Shown here piece by piece: positions 17,563-27,175 of a DNA stretch of 64,000 nucleotides (the stretch's first letter is position 1; every line of letters begins with the position of its first letter). The notes beneath the pieces were generated by a model, which searched no databases, was not told the origin of the DNA, and saw only the letters and a program-made list of their open reading frames with translations. The stretch lies in the IMG/VR virus record IMGVR_UViG_3300024268_000001; one strand, given 5' to 3'. This stretch comes from a virus (taxonomy: Duplodnaviria > Heunggongvirae > Uroviricota > Caudoviricetes). The translations under genes and the position numbers were made by a program.

Positions 17563-18716
17563 TAGAACACATATCCTTCACGAGATTTACCGGTTGTAAC
17601 ATTACGCAAGATAGTCGGAATAATTTCACCAGCCTTCGTAATAATAACTTCATGACCGATTTCGATGCCCATATATTCAAGCATGTCAATATTGCACATA
17701 TTTGCACGCTGAACTGTAGTTCCGCAAAGTTCAACAGGTTCAACTACTGCAACCGGAGTCAAATTGCCATTCTTGATAGACCATTCAATGTTAATGAGCT
17801 TGGTCTGAGCAAGAGAATACTTCGGCTTGAGTGCAATCGAGAATTCCGGCAAATAATTGGTTTCAAGATCTTCATAATCAATCAAAGACGTCTTCCAAAC
17901 AAGACCGTCAATCTGATAATCACGTTCTTCATGCCAAATCTGGTCCATAAGAGCGACAGCCTTTTCACCGTTCATGGTTTTAAGGTCGTAAATCTTGTAG
18001 TCAACAACATCAAAACCCTGGTTTTTCATCCAATCAAGCATATCAGACTGAAGTCGGAAATGACGCTTGGTGTTAGAGGCATAGCGAGCTTCATAAACCT
18101 TGATATTAAGCTTTTCACAATCTGCACCGTCGAGATGCTTCATAATACCAGAAGCAGCATTTCGGCAGTTCTTATACTTCGGGAAATACTTTTCCTTAAC
18201 GGACTTGTAAAGCAAAATTTCGCCGCGAATAGTTCCTGTAAAATCCTTATCGACTTTCTTGACGAGACCATTCATCTTAAGAATATTATTGGTAATGTCG
18301 TCACCGTATGTACCATCACCACGGGTAGTACCCTGAACGAACTTTCCATCGACGTATTTAAGCGCAATAGAGCAGCCATCGAGCTTCAAAGGAGCAACGA
18401 CATATTCATGACCATTCATACGGCACTTATTGAACCAGACATCCATTTCTGGAGCCGTATTGGCCTTATTCTGAGAACCCATGATAATATCATGCTTGAC
18501 TTTTTCAAAACCTTCAGTATGGTCCTTACCAACTTCCTTCAAAACATCAGAATCAGGATATTTAGTCTTCAGTTCATCCCAGAGTGCATCAAATTCAATG
18601 TCGCTCATGATAGGAGAATCGGAATTATAATAGGCATCTTGTGCCTGACGGATTTTTGCTTCAAGTTCGTTCTTATTCATGTGATACAATATAGTAAAAA
18701 ATATAGGCTTTGTCAA
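17562..18716 (-). CDS. ligA: NAD-dependent DNA ligase (LigA adenylation + OB domains, short form without BRCT)
   Basis: N-terminal Ia-like 'DAYYNSDSPIMSDIEFDALWDEL'. Motif I 'PLKLDGCSIALKY'. 'TTRGDGTYGDDIT' matches LigA 'ATRGDGttGEDIT'. Confidence 0.8.
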   Translation of the reverse strand: MTKPIFFTILYHMNKNELEAKIRQAQDAYYNSDSPIMSDIEFDALWDELKTKYPDSDVLKEVGKDHTEGFEKVKHDIIMGSQNKANTAPEMDVWFNKCRMNGHEYVVAPLKLDGCSIALKYVDGKFVQGTTRGDGTYGDDITNNILKMNGLVKKVDKDFTGTIRGEILLYKSVKEKYFPKYKNCRNAASGIMKHLDGADCEKLNIKVYEARYASNTKRHFRLQSDMLDWMKNQGFDVVDYKIYDLKTMNGEKAVALMDQIWHEERDYQIDGLVWKTSLIDYEDLETNYLPEFSIALKPKYSLAQTKLINIEWSIKNGNLTPVAVVEPVELCGTTVQRANMCNIDMLEYMGIEIGHEVIITKAGEIIPTILRNVTTGKSREGYVF

Positions 18717-18735
18717 CCTATATTTTAGTTAAAGA
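18700..18735 (-). promoter_or_regulatory. sigma70-like promoter
   Basis: Minus strand reads ggTTGACAaagcctatattttttacTATATTgtatcacATG. Confidence 0.55.
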
Positions 18736-18984
18736 GTTAAGTATTATAAAATCATTCACAAATTGCATATTCTGAAATTTGTCATCGAGGTCATACTTTT
18801 TTCCATCCATTTCGACGATTATATCATGTATACCCATTAAATGTGAACTTACGTTATCTTTAACAACTATACCGCCAGCTCTATCATGATGAAGTGTCAT
18901 ACGAATAATTTTTTCAATATGACATTCAATATCTTCTTCATGTAGGCTTTTATATTTGAGTATTACCGGAATCATATTTATCAT
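18718..18984 (-). CDS. hypothetical small protein
   Basis: 88-aa ORF. Confidence 0.4.
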   Translation of the reverse strand: MINMIPVILKYKSLHEEDIECHIEKIIRMTLHHDRAGGIVVKDNVSSHLMGIHDIIVEMDGKKYDLDDKFQNMQFVNDFIILNSLTKI

Positions 18985-19360
18985 CTAATGCATGTTCGAT
19001 TTCATAAGCTTCCGTTTGATTCTTTACATACATTTGGGCTTTCTGAAAATCTTTTCCGTATTTTTGGTATAAATCGTAAAGCATATCTGTAGCGACATCC
19101 ATACCAGGATGTCTAGTATAAAACTCGTTCAATCTATAATTCGGTTTTAAATTAGTTTCAATGATATATGACATTCCGTGTTCCCACATATTTTCTATAC
19201 GAAAACCATTTCCAATCATTGCCTGTGCATATTCATACGCATGGTCACCAATCATTTTATGGTTTTCGACTATTTCTTTATAATAGCAACAACGCATTAC
19301 GTCAGTTACGTAATCTTTCCAGTCTTCTTTAGTTTTAAAATAATCTAAAAAACTAAGCAT
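18950..19360 (-). CDS. hypothetical protein
   Basis: 136-aa ORF. Confidence 0.45.
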   Translation of the reverse strand: MLSFLDYFKTKEDWKDYVTDVMRCCYYKEIVENHKMIGDHAYEYAQAMIGNGFRIENMWEHGMSYIIETNLKPNYRLNEFYTRHPGMDVATDMLYDLYQKYGKDFQKAQMYVKNQTEAYEIEHALDDKYDSGNTQI

Positions 19361-19361
19361 A

Positions 19362-19718
19362 TTATAAATTGTCCAAAGAATTTAATGTGTTAAAATACTC
19401 GATAAAAGCTCTTCGTTGGTCATCATCACGTAATTTAAATTTTTGAGTACCAATATAGACAGTTTTTGATATATCAATATTCTTTACATCAATTTGAGAC
19501 TTAGACTTTCGGCATTCACCCCAAATTTTATCACATTTACGTTTTGACGGTGGAGCCGGAGTAAAATAAAATCGACTTTTGAAATGAATTTCTAAAGACT
19601 TAGGTGAACCTGAACCAGCTAACTTTTCTCGCCATCGTCTAAATACATCATTCCAATCATATTCCCAGCTAATATCGGAAACCTTATAAATATGTCCATC
19701 TATTTTCAGCTCTACCAT
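19362..19718 (-). CDS. hypothetical protein
   Basis: 118-aa ORF. Confidence 0.45.
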   Translation of the reverse strand: MVELKIDGHIYKVSDISWEYDWNDVFRRWREKLAGSGSPKSLEIHFKSRFYFTPAPPSKRKCDKIWGECRKSKSQIDVKNIDISKTVYIGTQKFKLRDDDQRRAFIEYFNTLNSLDNL

Positions 19719-19719
19719 A

Positions 19720-20619
19720 TTAAAGTCCGGTTTGTCTTCCAGAGAAATTAACAGAACCTCTACCTTCTACTGTAAGGTAATCATCATAACTGCGCCATTC
19801 GTTTTCCTTTCCTGCATGACGAACGAAAGAAATATCACCAGTAAAATCCTTAATTACTGTAGCACACCAGTCTTTCTTCTTAAATTCTTCAACGGCATTC
19901 TTATCAAGCAACGGTTCATCAAGCGGATAAACACATACCATACCCGCATCTGCACAGAACTGTCCAATTTCTTCCTTTGTATCTAAATCGAATACAGTAC
20001 AAGACCAATCGCCATAAAGCGTATCAGTGCACATTCCAGACTTGATAGATTCAGCCTTGGAAACCCAATCATGGTCATCATTTACGATATAGCAAGGATC
20101 CGTGATAATAATATCCTTATGCTCGAAATGCATTGTTCTCGGATGTTTAATTTGATATTCTCGACGAAGAATAAATGCAATCAAATTCCAATAATCATGA
20201 GCAAATCCAAGTAATCGTTTCTTTCGCCATGTTTCAGCGGTATAATTTTTAGCTTTTTCTTTTGTACCGTCTGCACGGGTAATAAACATGTCATCATATT
20301 CCATATCATATGCAATATTCCAGTCAAGCTTTTGACACAGATTAGCCCTACGCTGGCATTCTTCATAACCGAGCTTATAGTGATATTTCTTGATATGTAA
20401 TTTCTTAAATTCAGAGCATTTAATTTTACGAAGTTCGTCATTTCGGTTAACCCAATAACGCATATTTTCTACTTCGCGCTTAGCTTTAAGAACCTCTTCA
20501 AGTTCTGCGCCTTTAAGCAAGCCCTTATCTGCCATACAGAACTTACACATAAAATTCTTAACATCCTTAACGCCTTTGGCACAATATTCGCCACCACATA
20601 CAATACACTTTGCTGTCAT
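19720..20619 (-). CDS. hypothetical protein with N-terminal Cys4 cluster
   Basis: N-terminus 'CIVCGGEYC...CKFC'. 299 aa. Promoter element at 20651-20680. Confidence 0.5.
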   Translation of the reverse strand: MTAKCIVCGGEYCAKGVKDVKNFMCKFCMADKGLLKGAELEEVLKAKREVENMRYWVNRNDELRKIKCSEFKKLHIKKYHYKLGYEECQRRANLCQKLDWNIAYDMEYDDMFITRADGTKEKAKNYTAETWRKKRLLGFAHDYWNLIAFILRREYQIKHPRTMHFEHKDIIITDPCYIVNDDHDWVSKAESIKSGMCTDTLYGDWSCTVFDLDTKEEIGQFCADAGMVCVYPLDEPLLDKNAVEEFKKKDWCATVIKDFTGDISFVRHAGKENEWRSYDDYLTVEGRGSVNFSGRQTGL

Positions 20620-20650
20620 TAAAAACTCCTTTTATAATTTTGTAATATAG

Positions 20651-20680
20651 AAAAAGGGGAGACTTTCGTCAACCCCTATA
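20651..20680 (-). promoter_or_regulatory. conserved promoter/hairpin element, copy 1
   Basis: Plus strand reads aaaaaggggaGACTTTCGTCAAcccctat. On the minus strand this gives GGTTGACGAAAGTC with flanking complementary A/G and C/T runs. Confidence 0.5.
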
Positions 20681-20881
20681 ATTCGGGTACATTCTGCAAG
20701 TGTCCCAAATATTTGCCTGTTCTTCATCTGACAAATAAATTGTCTGGTCTTCCGGAACTGACTTTCCTTCCAATCGATTCATAAATGAATTACGCATTTT
20801 TAAAATAGCATCTTGTCGTTCATCAATGCCATTGATACACATGTCGAATTTTTCAGCTAACTGTTGTGCTTTGGATTTCAT
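20669..20881 (-). CDS. hypothetical small protein
   Basis: 70-aa ORF. Its first ~12 nt overlap the conserved promoter/hairpin element at 20651-20680. Confidence 0.4.
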   Translation of the reverse strand: MKSKAQQLAEKFDMCINGIDERQDAILKMRNSFMNRLEGKSVPEDQTIYLSDEEQANIWDTCRMYPNYRG

Positions 20882-20893
20882 TCTTGTTCTCCA

Positions 20894-21322
20894 TTAATAA
20901 AGTTCTTTTGCAAAAAATTCTTTAGTAGCACTTTGCATAGCAACGGCTTTCCAATCCGATACAGTTTTGGTATTCATCCATTTATCCATATCATCAATCA
21001 TACATTGAGTTTTAGTCTTCAAACCAACAGACTTCAACAATTCACGTTGACGCCATTCATTAAAGTCTCGCTTTTTAGCATCTTGTTTTGCTCTGTATGC
21101 CAAAACCGCGGCTTCACCTTGTCTCTTTCGTCTTTCTCGTTTTTCTACACCAGTTTCCGTATCTGACAAAAGGTCATCGAATTCTTCAATCAGCTTTCCA
21201 AGCTTGTAATCTACACTATTTCGATAATCTTTTTGGAAAATGCATTCTAACATGCCTTGCATGTACAGAATAACAGCACCTATAAGAAGGACGCAAGCTG
21301 CAGAAATAATGATTGTTGCCAT
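20894..21322 (-). CDS. membrane protein (N-terminal TM)
   Basis: N-terminus 'MATIIISAACVLLIGAVILYM'. Confidence 0.5.
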   Translation of the reverse strand: MATIIISAACVLLIGAVILYMQGMLECIFQKDYRNSVDYKLGKLIEEFDDLLSDTETGVEKRERRKRQGEAAVLAYRAKQDAKKRDFNEWRQRELLKSVGLKTKTQCMIDDMDKWMNTKTVSDWKAVAMQSATKEFFAKELY

Positions 21323-21346
21323 GATGAACTCCTCTTGTTTATGTTC

Positions 21347-21386
21347 ATAATATAGAAAAAGGGCCGACTTTCGTCAACCCTTTATT
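21347..21386 (-). promoter_or_regulatory. conserved promoter/hairpin element, copy 2
   Basis: Plus strand reads cataatatagaaaaagggccGACTTTCGTCAAccctttatt. Confidence 0.5.
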
Positions 21387-21410
21387 ATTATAGGAGAAAA
21401 TATATACTTA

Positions 21411-23051
21411 TTAGCGACGACGGCGACGAGAAAGTTCAGCAATAACTGTCGGATCGTTCATCATGTCCGAAAGGCTACGTCCAATAGAAGTATTAGCTTC
21501 AGCCGGTTCCTTAGTCTTGTCAACATTCGGAGTTTCCGGACGAGCTTCAGCCTTAGGTTCATTTACGACTTCTGCTTCGGTCTTTTCAACCTTTGGAGCA
21601 CCGGAAACACCAGCGAGTCGGGCACCGAACATAGAACCGAGAACAGTCTTGAGGTCCATACCGAGAGAATCGGTCAAACCGCTAGAAATCTGAGTAAGCG
21701 TCTTGGTAATATCGCCGGTGAGCTTTGCAGTACCGCTTTCACCGTACATATTGATGTTACCAATCTTTTCCATCGGCTTAGCAACTGCACCAGCGATAGC
21801 CGGGAGCTGTTCGAAATACTTTTCAATAGTCTTGAGCTGCATTTCCTGACGAGCTGCATCACCATACTTCTTCATGGCTTCAGCCTTCTGGTCAAGAGCT
21901 GCTGCTTCTGCAAGACCCTTAGCCTTTACAGCATCAGCTTCAGCTTCACCCTTAGCCTTAGTAGCTGCAGCTTCAGCGAAAGCCTTTTCCTTATCAGCTT
22001 CAGCCTTGGCGATAATTGCCTTAGCTTGCTGCTGCTGGGTAAAGAGTGCTGCTTCAGCTTCCTTCTGCTGCTTATAAAGTTCAGCATCAGAACGCTGCAT
22101 CTGAGCCTGCTTATCGGCTTCAGCCTTCTTCTGAATTTCAGCTTCGAGTTCCTTCTGACGGACAGCTACCATGCGTTCACGAATTTCAATCTGCTTTTCC
22201 TGCTTTGCAACTTCTGCAGCTGCTGCAGTAATATTGATGGTCTTCTGCTGTTCCTGCTTCTGAATTTCATAAGCGGCATCAGCTTCGGCCTTCTTAGTAT
22301 CAGAAATTCGCTTAAGGTCAGCCTTCTTAACTTCGAGGTCGTTCTGCTTCTGAGCGATTTCAAGGTTTGCTGCAACCTGAGCATCGTTTGCTGTCTTCGC
22401 TGCTTCAGCCTGAGCAATCTTCACGTCACGTTCTGCATTTGCTCGAGAAATTGATGCAGCCTTCTGAATTGCTACAGCCTTATCAACACCGAGGTTTTCA
22501 ATTACCTTACCGTCGTCCGAGAAGTTCTGAATATTGAAGGTCTTAACGATAATACCGAGCTTTTCAAGATCTGGAATAGCATTTTCAAGAACCTTCTCAG
22601 AAACCTGCTTTCGGTCCGTAACCATGTCGACAAGATTCATCTGGCCGACAATCTCACGCATATTACCCTCAAGCACGTCAACAATCATCGCCTTAATCTG
22701 TTCAATCGGCTTATTGAGGAAGTTCTGGGCAGCTTTCTTAATTGCTTCAGGTTCATCAGAAATCTTTGCATTAACAACAGCGTCAACTGTTACATTAATG
22801 TAGTCCTTGGTCGGAACTGCCTGCTTAGTCTTGACGTCAATCGGAATCAACTTCAAGCTAAGAACGTCAGCACGTTCAAGGAACGGGATCTTGAAACCGG
22901 CATGCCCGATAATTGTTCGAAGCTGTCGGAAACCCGAAATAATAATTACTTCATCCGGCGCCGCCTTAATATAAGACGTAATGAAGAGGATAACGAGGAA
23001 AAGTACGAGCAGGCCGATACCCGCACCGATGAGGATATTTGAACTAAGCAT
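21411..23051 (-). CDS. flotillin-like SPFH/band-7 domain protein (YqiK-like)
   Basis: N-terminal TM. SPFH-like 'PDEVIIISGFRQLR...' region. Then a long Ala/Glu/Lys/Gln-rich coiled coil (AEAAKTANDAQVAANLEIAQKQNDLEV...). 546 aa. Confidence 0.75.
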   Translation of the reverse strand: MLSSNILIGAGIGLLVLFLVILFITSYIKAAPDEVIIISGFRQLRTIIGHAGFKIPFLERADVLSLKLIPIDVKTKQAVPTKDYINVTVDAVVNAKISDEPEAIKKAAQNFLNKPIEQIKAMIVDVLEGNMREIVGQMNLVDMVTDRKQVSEKVLENAIPDLEKLGIIVKTFNIQNFSDDGKVIENLGVDKAVAIQKAASISRANAERDVKIAQAEAAKTANDAQVAANLEIAQKQNDLEVKKADLKRISDTKKAEADAAYEIQKQEQQKTINITAAAAEVAKQEKQIEIRERMVAVRQKELEAEIQKKAEADKQAQMQRSDAELYKQQKEAEAALFTQQQQAKAIIAKAEADKEKAFAEAAATKAKGEAEADAVKAKGLAEAAALDQKAEAMKKYGDAARQEMQLKTIEKYFEQLPAIAGAVAKPMEKIGNINMYGESGTAKLTGDITKTLTQISSGLTDSLGMDLKTVLGSMFGARLAGVSGAPKVEKTEAEVVNEPKAEARPETPNVDKTKEPAEANTSIGRSLSDMMNDPTVIAELSRRRRR

Positions 23052-23090
23052 TTATGTTCCTTTTGTTATGTGTTTTTGTTTAGTTAAAAT

Positions 23091-23831
23091 CTAATCGTTC
23101 AGCCATGAGTTTTCCATTGCAATAAAGATACAACATATTACAATAATAACTATCGAGAAAATTATCCAGAAATACAATACTGTATGTTTCCAGCTAAAAT
23201 CCTCTACTGCTTGATCGATTTTTACATTGTCACGATATTCTGCATCATTCATTCGATGATTATCGATATTTGCATATACCGTTCCAGTAAAACTTAATGG
23301 GCGACAATAATAAACATATCGTTTATTATGTGCGAAATTGATTGTCTTTACATAATGACCGCTTGGCAATTCCGGAAACTGACCGTAGTAAAAGTCTTTC
23401 TTAATAAAATTAACTTTATCTACATTCCAGTCTTTTGCTCCATGATAGTCCCATGTCCAATAGACCTTAGTATGACAGCTACGTGTCTTTCCAGAACCAG
23501 TACAAACAAGCTTCGTATGCATCGTATAGACCTCGAGCACTCGATGGACTGACATATACTTACCTGGCAAACCGTCGTCTGTAACACTGCCTATCGCGGA
23601 AACAGTTCCGTATGCCAAAGTATGCCCAGCATTAGTATTGAATGCATATTGAAACTGTGTAGAATCGTTATCGATTTTCACAGCCTGATTGTACTTCGCA
23701 TTATGGTCATCTTGCCAAAGATCCATCCTATTACCTACGTAGAAACCTACTGCTAGGGAAATAAGAGCGAATACAAGCGCTACAATAACTTCACGCTGAG
23801 TTACTTCAATATTGGTATCACCAATATACAT
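23091..23831 (-). CDS. membrane protein (TM near both termini)
   Basis: 'VIVALVFALISLAVGFYV' near the N-terminus and 'VLYFWIIFSIVIIVICCIFIAM' near the C-terminus. Confidence 0.5.
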   Translation of the reverse strand: MYIGDTNIEVTQREVIVALVFALISLAVGFYVGNRMDLWQDDHNAKYNQAVKIDNDSTQFQYAFNTNAGHTLAYGTVSAIGSVTDDGLPGKYMSVHRVLEVYTMHTKLVCTGSGKTRSCHTKVYWTWDYHGAKDWNVDKVNFIKKDFYYGQFPELPSGHYVKTINFAHNKRYVYYCRPLSFTGTVYANIDNHRMNDAEYRDNVKIDQAVEDFSWKHTVLYFWIIFSIVIIVICCIFIAMENSWLND

Positions 23832-24388
23832 TAATTCTTTTCCTTAAGAAGTCCTGTGGGTGCGTCTACTGGCGCATTTGCAAATTCAAGAACCTTATAG
23901 TCCTTTTCCTGATAACCTAGAATACTCAAACAGATGTTTGACGGGAACATACGAACATGCTGATGATATTCGGTTACATTTTTATTATAATACTTACGAT
24001 GCGACGCAATTCGATTTTCAGTCATGGATAATTCATTCATGTACTGCTTATAATTTTCTATTGAACGCAATTCTGGATAACGTTCTACAACACCACGGAT
24101 ATATGCAGAAGCATTAACATTTCCGTTGCCTTCTGCTGGTGTACGAGCCTGTGATAGCTGTACCAAAACTTCGGCTTCATGCTTGTTATACGACATTACT
24201 GCTTCTGCCAAGTTAACAAGCAAGCCTGCACGTCGATTATATTCGGTGTTCAAATCGCTCAAAGAACTTTCAATGAGCAATTCCTTTGCGATTGCCTTAT
24301 TTTGTGAGCTTTGTACGCCAAACACTGTGGCGATAATCAATGCTACAATAATAGCAAGACTTGAAATTAAGACTGTTACGGGTTTCAT
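23831..24388 (-). CDS. lemA: LemA family protein
   Basis: N-terminal TM. 'EYNRRAGLLVNLAEAVMSYNKHEAEVLVQLSQAR' and 'TENRIASHRKYYNKNVTEYHQHVRMFPSNI' match the LemA family pattern. Confidence 0.65.
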   Translation of the reverse strand: MKPVTVLISSLAIIVALIIATVFGVQSSQNKAIAKELLIESSLSDLNTEYNRRAGLLVNLAEAVMSYNKHEAEVLVQLSQARTPAEGNGNVNASAYIRGVVERYPELRSIENYKQYMNELSMTENRIASHRKYYNKNVTEYHQHVRMFPSNICLSILGYQEKDYKVLEFANAPVDAPTGLLKEKN

Positions 24389-24400
24389 TGGTTTCTCCTA

Positions 24401-24913
24401 TTAGTTGTTATTTAAAAGCTTGGAAATGTCTTCAACGATCTTGGCTGTATCAAGTTCATTGACCGGCGGGTTATTTTTGCCTAAAAGTGTGTCTTCATTT
24501 CCTATATACTGGTAATCCCATGTAATAGACTTACCATCACTAGTTTCTAACATGGGAACAAGAACATGATAAATACCCTTATAGTTCTTATTCTTTTCAT
24601 TAAGCTGGTTTAAAATCTTATTTGCTGCGTTTTTAACAATTTTACTACGCATTTGAATACGGTCTGATTCAAATATCTTATTCAAAGAATCATTATAAGC
24701 CCAGAAACGTAATCTTTCATACCTAAACCATTCAACAACGTTAGGACCGTAATTTTCTCGCATATACGCTTCCATAGTCGGCGTAGTATCTGATTTTTCA
24801 GAAGTTCTTGAATTCAAAAGTTTTTCATAATGGTCAATATAAGCCTTAGCCGTAAGTCGATTGACCAAAACAGTCCATGCTACCAATAAACAAACAATAA
24901 TGACCGCTGCCAT
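24401..24913 (-). CDS. membrane-anchored protein
   Basis: N-terminus 'MAAVIIVCLLVAWTVLV'. RBS 'ggaga'. Downstream of promoter element copy 3. Confidence 0.5.
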   Translation of the reverse strand: MAAVIIVCLLVAWTVLVNRLTAKAYIDHYEKLLNSRTSEKSDTTPTMEAYMRENYGPNVVEWFRYERLRFWAYNDSLNKIFESDRIQMRSKIVKNAANKILNQLNEKNKNYKGIYHVLVPMLETSDGKSITWDYQYIGNEDTLLGKNNPPVNELDTAKIVEDISKLLNNN

Positions 24914-24943
24914 TTTAAATCTCCATGTTTACGTGGTAAATAT

Positions 24944-24977
24944 AAAAAAAGAGGTGACTTTCGTCAACCCCTTTTTA
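24944..24977 (-). promoter_or_regulatory. conserved promoter/hairpin element, copy 3
   Basis: Plus strand reads aaaaaaagaggtGACTTTCGTCAAcccctttttaat. On the minus strand this is TTGACG - N19 - TATATT, then RBS, then ATG. Confidence 0.55.
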
Positions 24978-24993
24978 ATAATTATTTACAGGC

Positions 24994-26304
24994 TTAGTCC
25001 TTAAATAGTGTATATCCTGCTTGTAAGAGAAGTTTCTTTGCTTCGTTGAAATCGTCGACATCAGAAATCTCTTCCTTATTTTTCCAGTATTCGGCTGTTT
25101 CCTTATCGAGCTGGTCAATCATGAATGTAGTGACTTCATCGAAAATCTTAAACAGCGTTCTTGTAGTATAGCCACGGTTGAATACAATCTTGAACTTATC
25201 GTAGAATTCCTGAATTGTACCGTCGAACGCACCCTTCTGACCGACATGGAACTTGCGGTTAAGCTGGTTCATGCAATACTTATAGCTTTCTACAACTTGT
25301 TTCTTGTCAACCTTACCAATCTTAGCCTTATCGACAGCACCATCTTCAGCGGCAACTGCTACAATCTTTCTAAGAACCGGAGTAGGAATCGAGAATCCAC
25401 CGAAGTTACCTTCAAAACTTCCGAAATAGCCGCCTTCATCATCATCATTGCTGAGATTACTGGAAGCGACACGGCGTTTTTCTTCAGCTTCAATCTGGTC
25501 AATATACTCTGGGTTATCAAGAGCTCTCATAATACGCTTTAATTCGCGGTCCAAAGCTGTTTCATCAGCGTTAATAACCTTACGGCCAAGCATTGCACCT
25601 ACAGTCTTTGCTACATAGAAGAATAGGCCCTTATTTCCGATAATACGTTCAGCATCCGGCATATTGAGAAGGTCTTCAAGTTTTTCAAGAACTGCTGTAC
25701 TGAGTGTATATTCCTTACCGTTCTTATGAGCACGGTGCCAATCCCAGAATTTGTCGATAGCACCTTCATAGCTGTTTTCAAAATCGTCGACAATATACGG
25801 AGCGAGCCAACGAGCAGCCTTTGAATAATCCTTTCCGAAAACTTCCTGAGCTTTTTCATGGTCATTCTTGAAAAGGTTAACAAGTTGCTGCATTGTCTTG
25901 TCTTGTGACGGGTCAAACGAAGAAAGATCCTTTCCTTCAGACTTGGCCTTGTAGTATGCCCAGAAAACATCAATCATATCGTCATATTTGTCTTTGTTTT
26001 CTTCGACATATGCCCAATCATCACCCAAATTAATATTATTCTTCTTTGCAATATCTTCGATTTTCCATTTCAAGTCAACTTTAGCGGTACTACCTTTCCA
26101 GAAGTTAATACCAAGCTTAGTTAACATATTTTCAGCGTCATCGCCATAATAACGTTCAATAAACTTGTAAACCTGGTTGGCTGTTACCTTTCCATTGTTT
26201 TCTGCAAAATCCTTAAGAATATAAAGGGCATTGGCAATGGAATCTCTTCCAAGAGTCCTATCAGAAGCTCTGGACATTTCATTAATAATATTCTTAAATC
26301 TCAT
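24994..26304 (-). CDS. hypothetical protein (436 aa)
   Basis: Long ORF. No motif recognised. Confidence 0.55.
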   Translation of the reverse strand: MRFKNIINEMSRASDRTLGRDSIANALYILKDFAENNGKVTANQVYKFIERYYGDDAENMLTKLGINFWKGSTAKVDLKWKIEDIAKKNNINLGDDWAYVEENKDKYDDMIDVFWAYYKAKSEGKDLSSFDPSQDKTMQQLVNLFKNDHEKAQEVFGKDYSKAARWLAPYIVDDFENSYEGAIDKFWDWHRAHKNGKEYTLSTAVLEKLEDLLNMPDAERIIGNKGLFFYVAKTVGAMLGRKVINADETALDRELKRIMRALDNPEYIDQIEAEEKRRVASSNLSNDDDEGGYFGSFEGNFGGFSIPTPVLRKIVAVAAEDGAVDKAKIGKVDKKQVVESYKYCMNQLNRKFHVGQKGAFDGTIQEFYDKFKIVFNRGYTTRTLFKIFDEVTTFMIDQLDKETAEYWKNKEEISDVDDFNEAKKLLLQAGYTLFKD

Positions 26305-26386
26305 AATAACCTCTATAACTATTTATAAAAGAAAGACTAGAACCCGAAAGTTCTAGTCTTGGATTAAATAGAGTAAATGAATAAAC

Positions 26387-27175
26387 TTACTTTTCGTAAC
26401 GTCCGCCAGTCTTCTGACGATTTACGTTTTCGATATTCTTATCACGATAGCACTTATAGATTTCAGCCGGTGTCATACCAAGATTTACGAAAATCTTCAC
26501 AAACTTGATAAACATCTTGTCACCGAGTTCCTGAATCTTAAGAGGATCTTCCTTCCATACATCGTAAGTCTTCCAATCCTTATAAGATGCACAATTCTGA
26601 TACAAGTCACCGACAGCGACAATAAAGTCGCCGATAAGATACTGAAGGCTATTGGAACCGATAGTACCGGTCTTAGTATCTTCGACTGCAATATCATAGA
26701 ACTTCTGAAGAGTCATCTTCGGACGATACTTAAGATAGAGCAACTGGTTATAAACGAAGTGTAATGCGTCAACTGCTTCAGCCTTACCTTCTGCGGTAAC
26801 TTCGAAATTGTCCTTTTCAAGCTGTTCCATGAGTTCGAACAATTCAGTGACTGTACTCATCATGAAATAACCTGAACGCTTTGCATTCTGATGGTTATCT
26901 TCCTTATTCGTCGGAGCAAGAGTACCACGCTTTGCAGCAAGAATATTTTGAAGTGCTTCCTGCATATTATACATGGTTTCAAGAGCTGTTGCTTCAATGT
27001 ATTCTTCTGGAAAATCCGGAAGCTTAATTTCAGAAGCCTTCAACTGTAACGGAAGCGGAACTGATTCTGCGAACTTCTTCGCTTCTTCTGCACGCTTTGC
27101 CAACTTTTCCTGAAGGACAACGAATTCATCCTTTTCTTCTTGTACGTTTCCGTACATTTCACCTGTACTAATCAT
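26387..27175 (-). CDS. hypothetical protein (262 aa)
   Basis: ORF with ATGA-type junction to the next gene. Confidence 0.5.
   Translation of the reverse strand: MISTGEMYGNVQEEKDEFVVLQEKLAKRAEEAKKFAESVPLPLQLKASEIKLPDFPEEYIEATALETMYNMQEALQNILAAKRGTLAPTNKEDNHQNAKRSGYFMMSTVTELFELMEQLEKDNFEVTAEGKAEAVDALHFVYNQLLYLKYRPKMTLQKFYDIAVEDTKTGTIGSNSLQYLIGDFIVAVGDLYQNCASYKDWKTYDVWKEDPLKIQELGDKMFIKFVKIFVNLGMTPAEIYKCYRDKNIENVNRQKTGGRYEK

Noticed and set aside
17652-18728. 358-aa plus-strand ORF
   Set aside because: Antisense to the NAD-dependent ligase gene, which has clear motifs.
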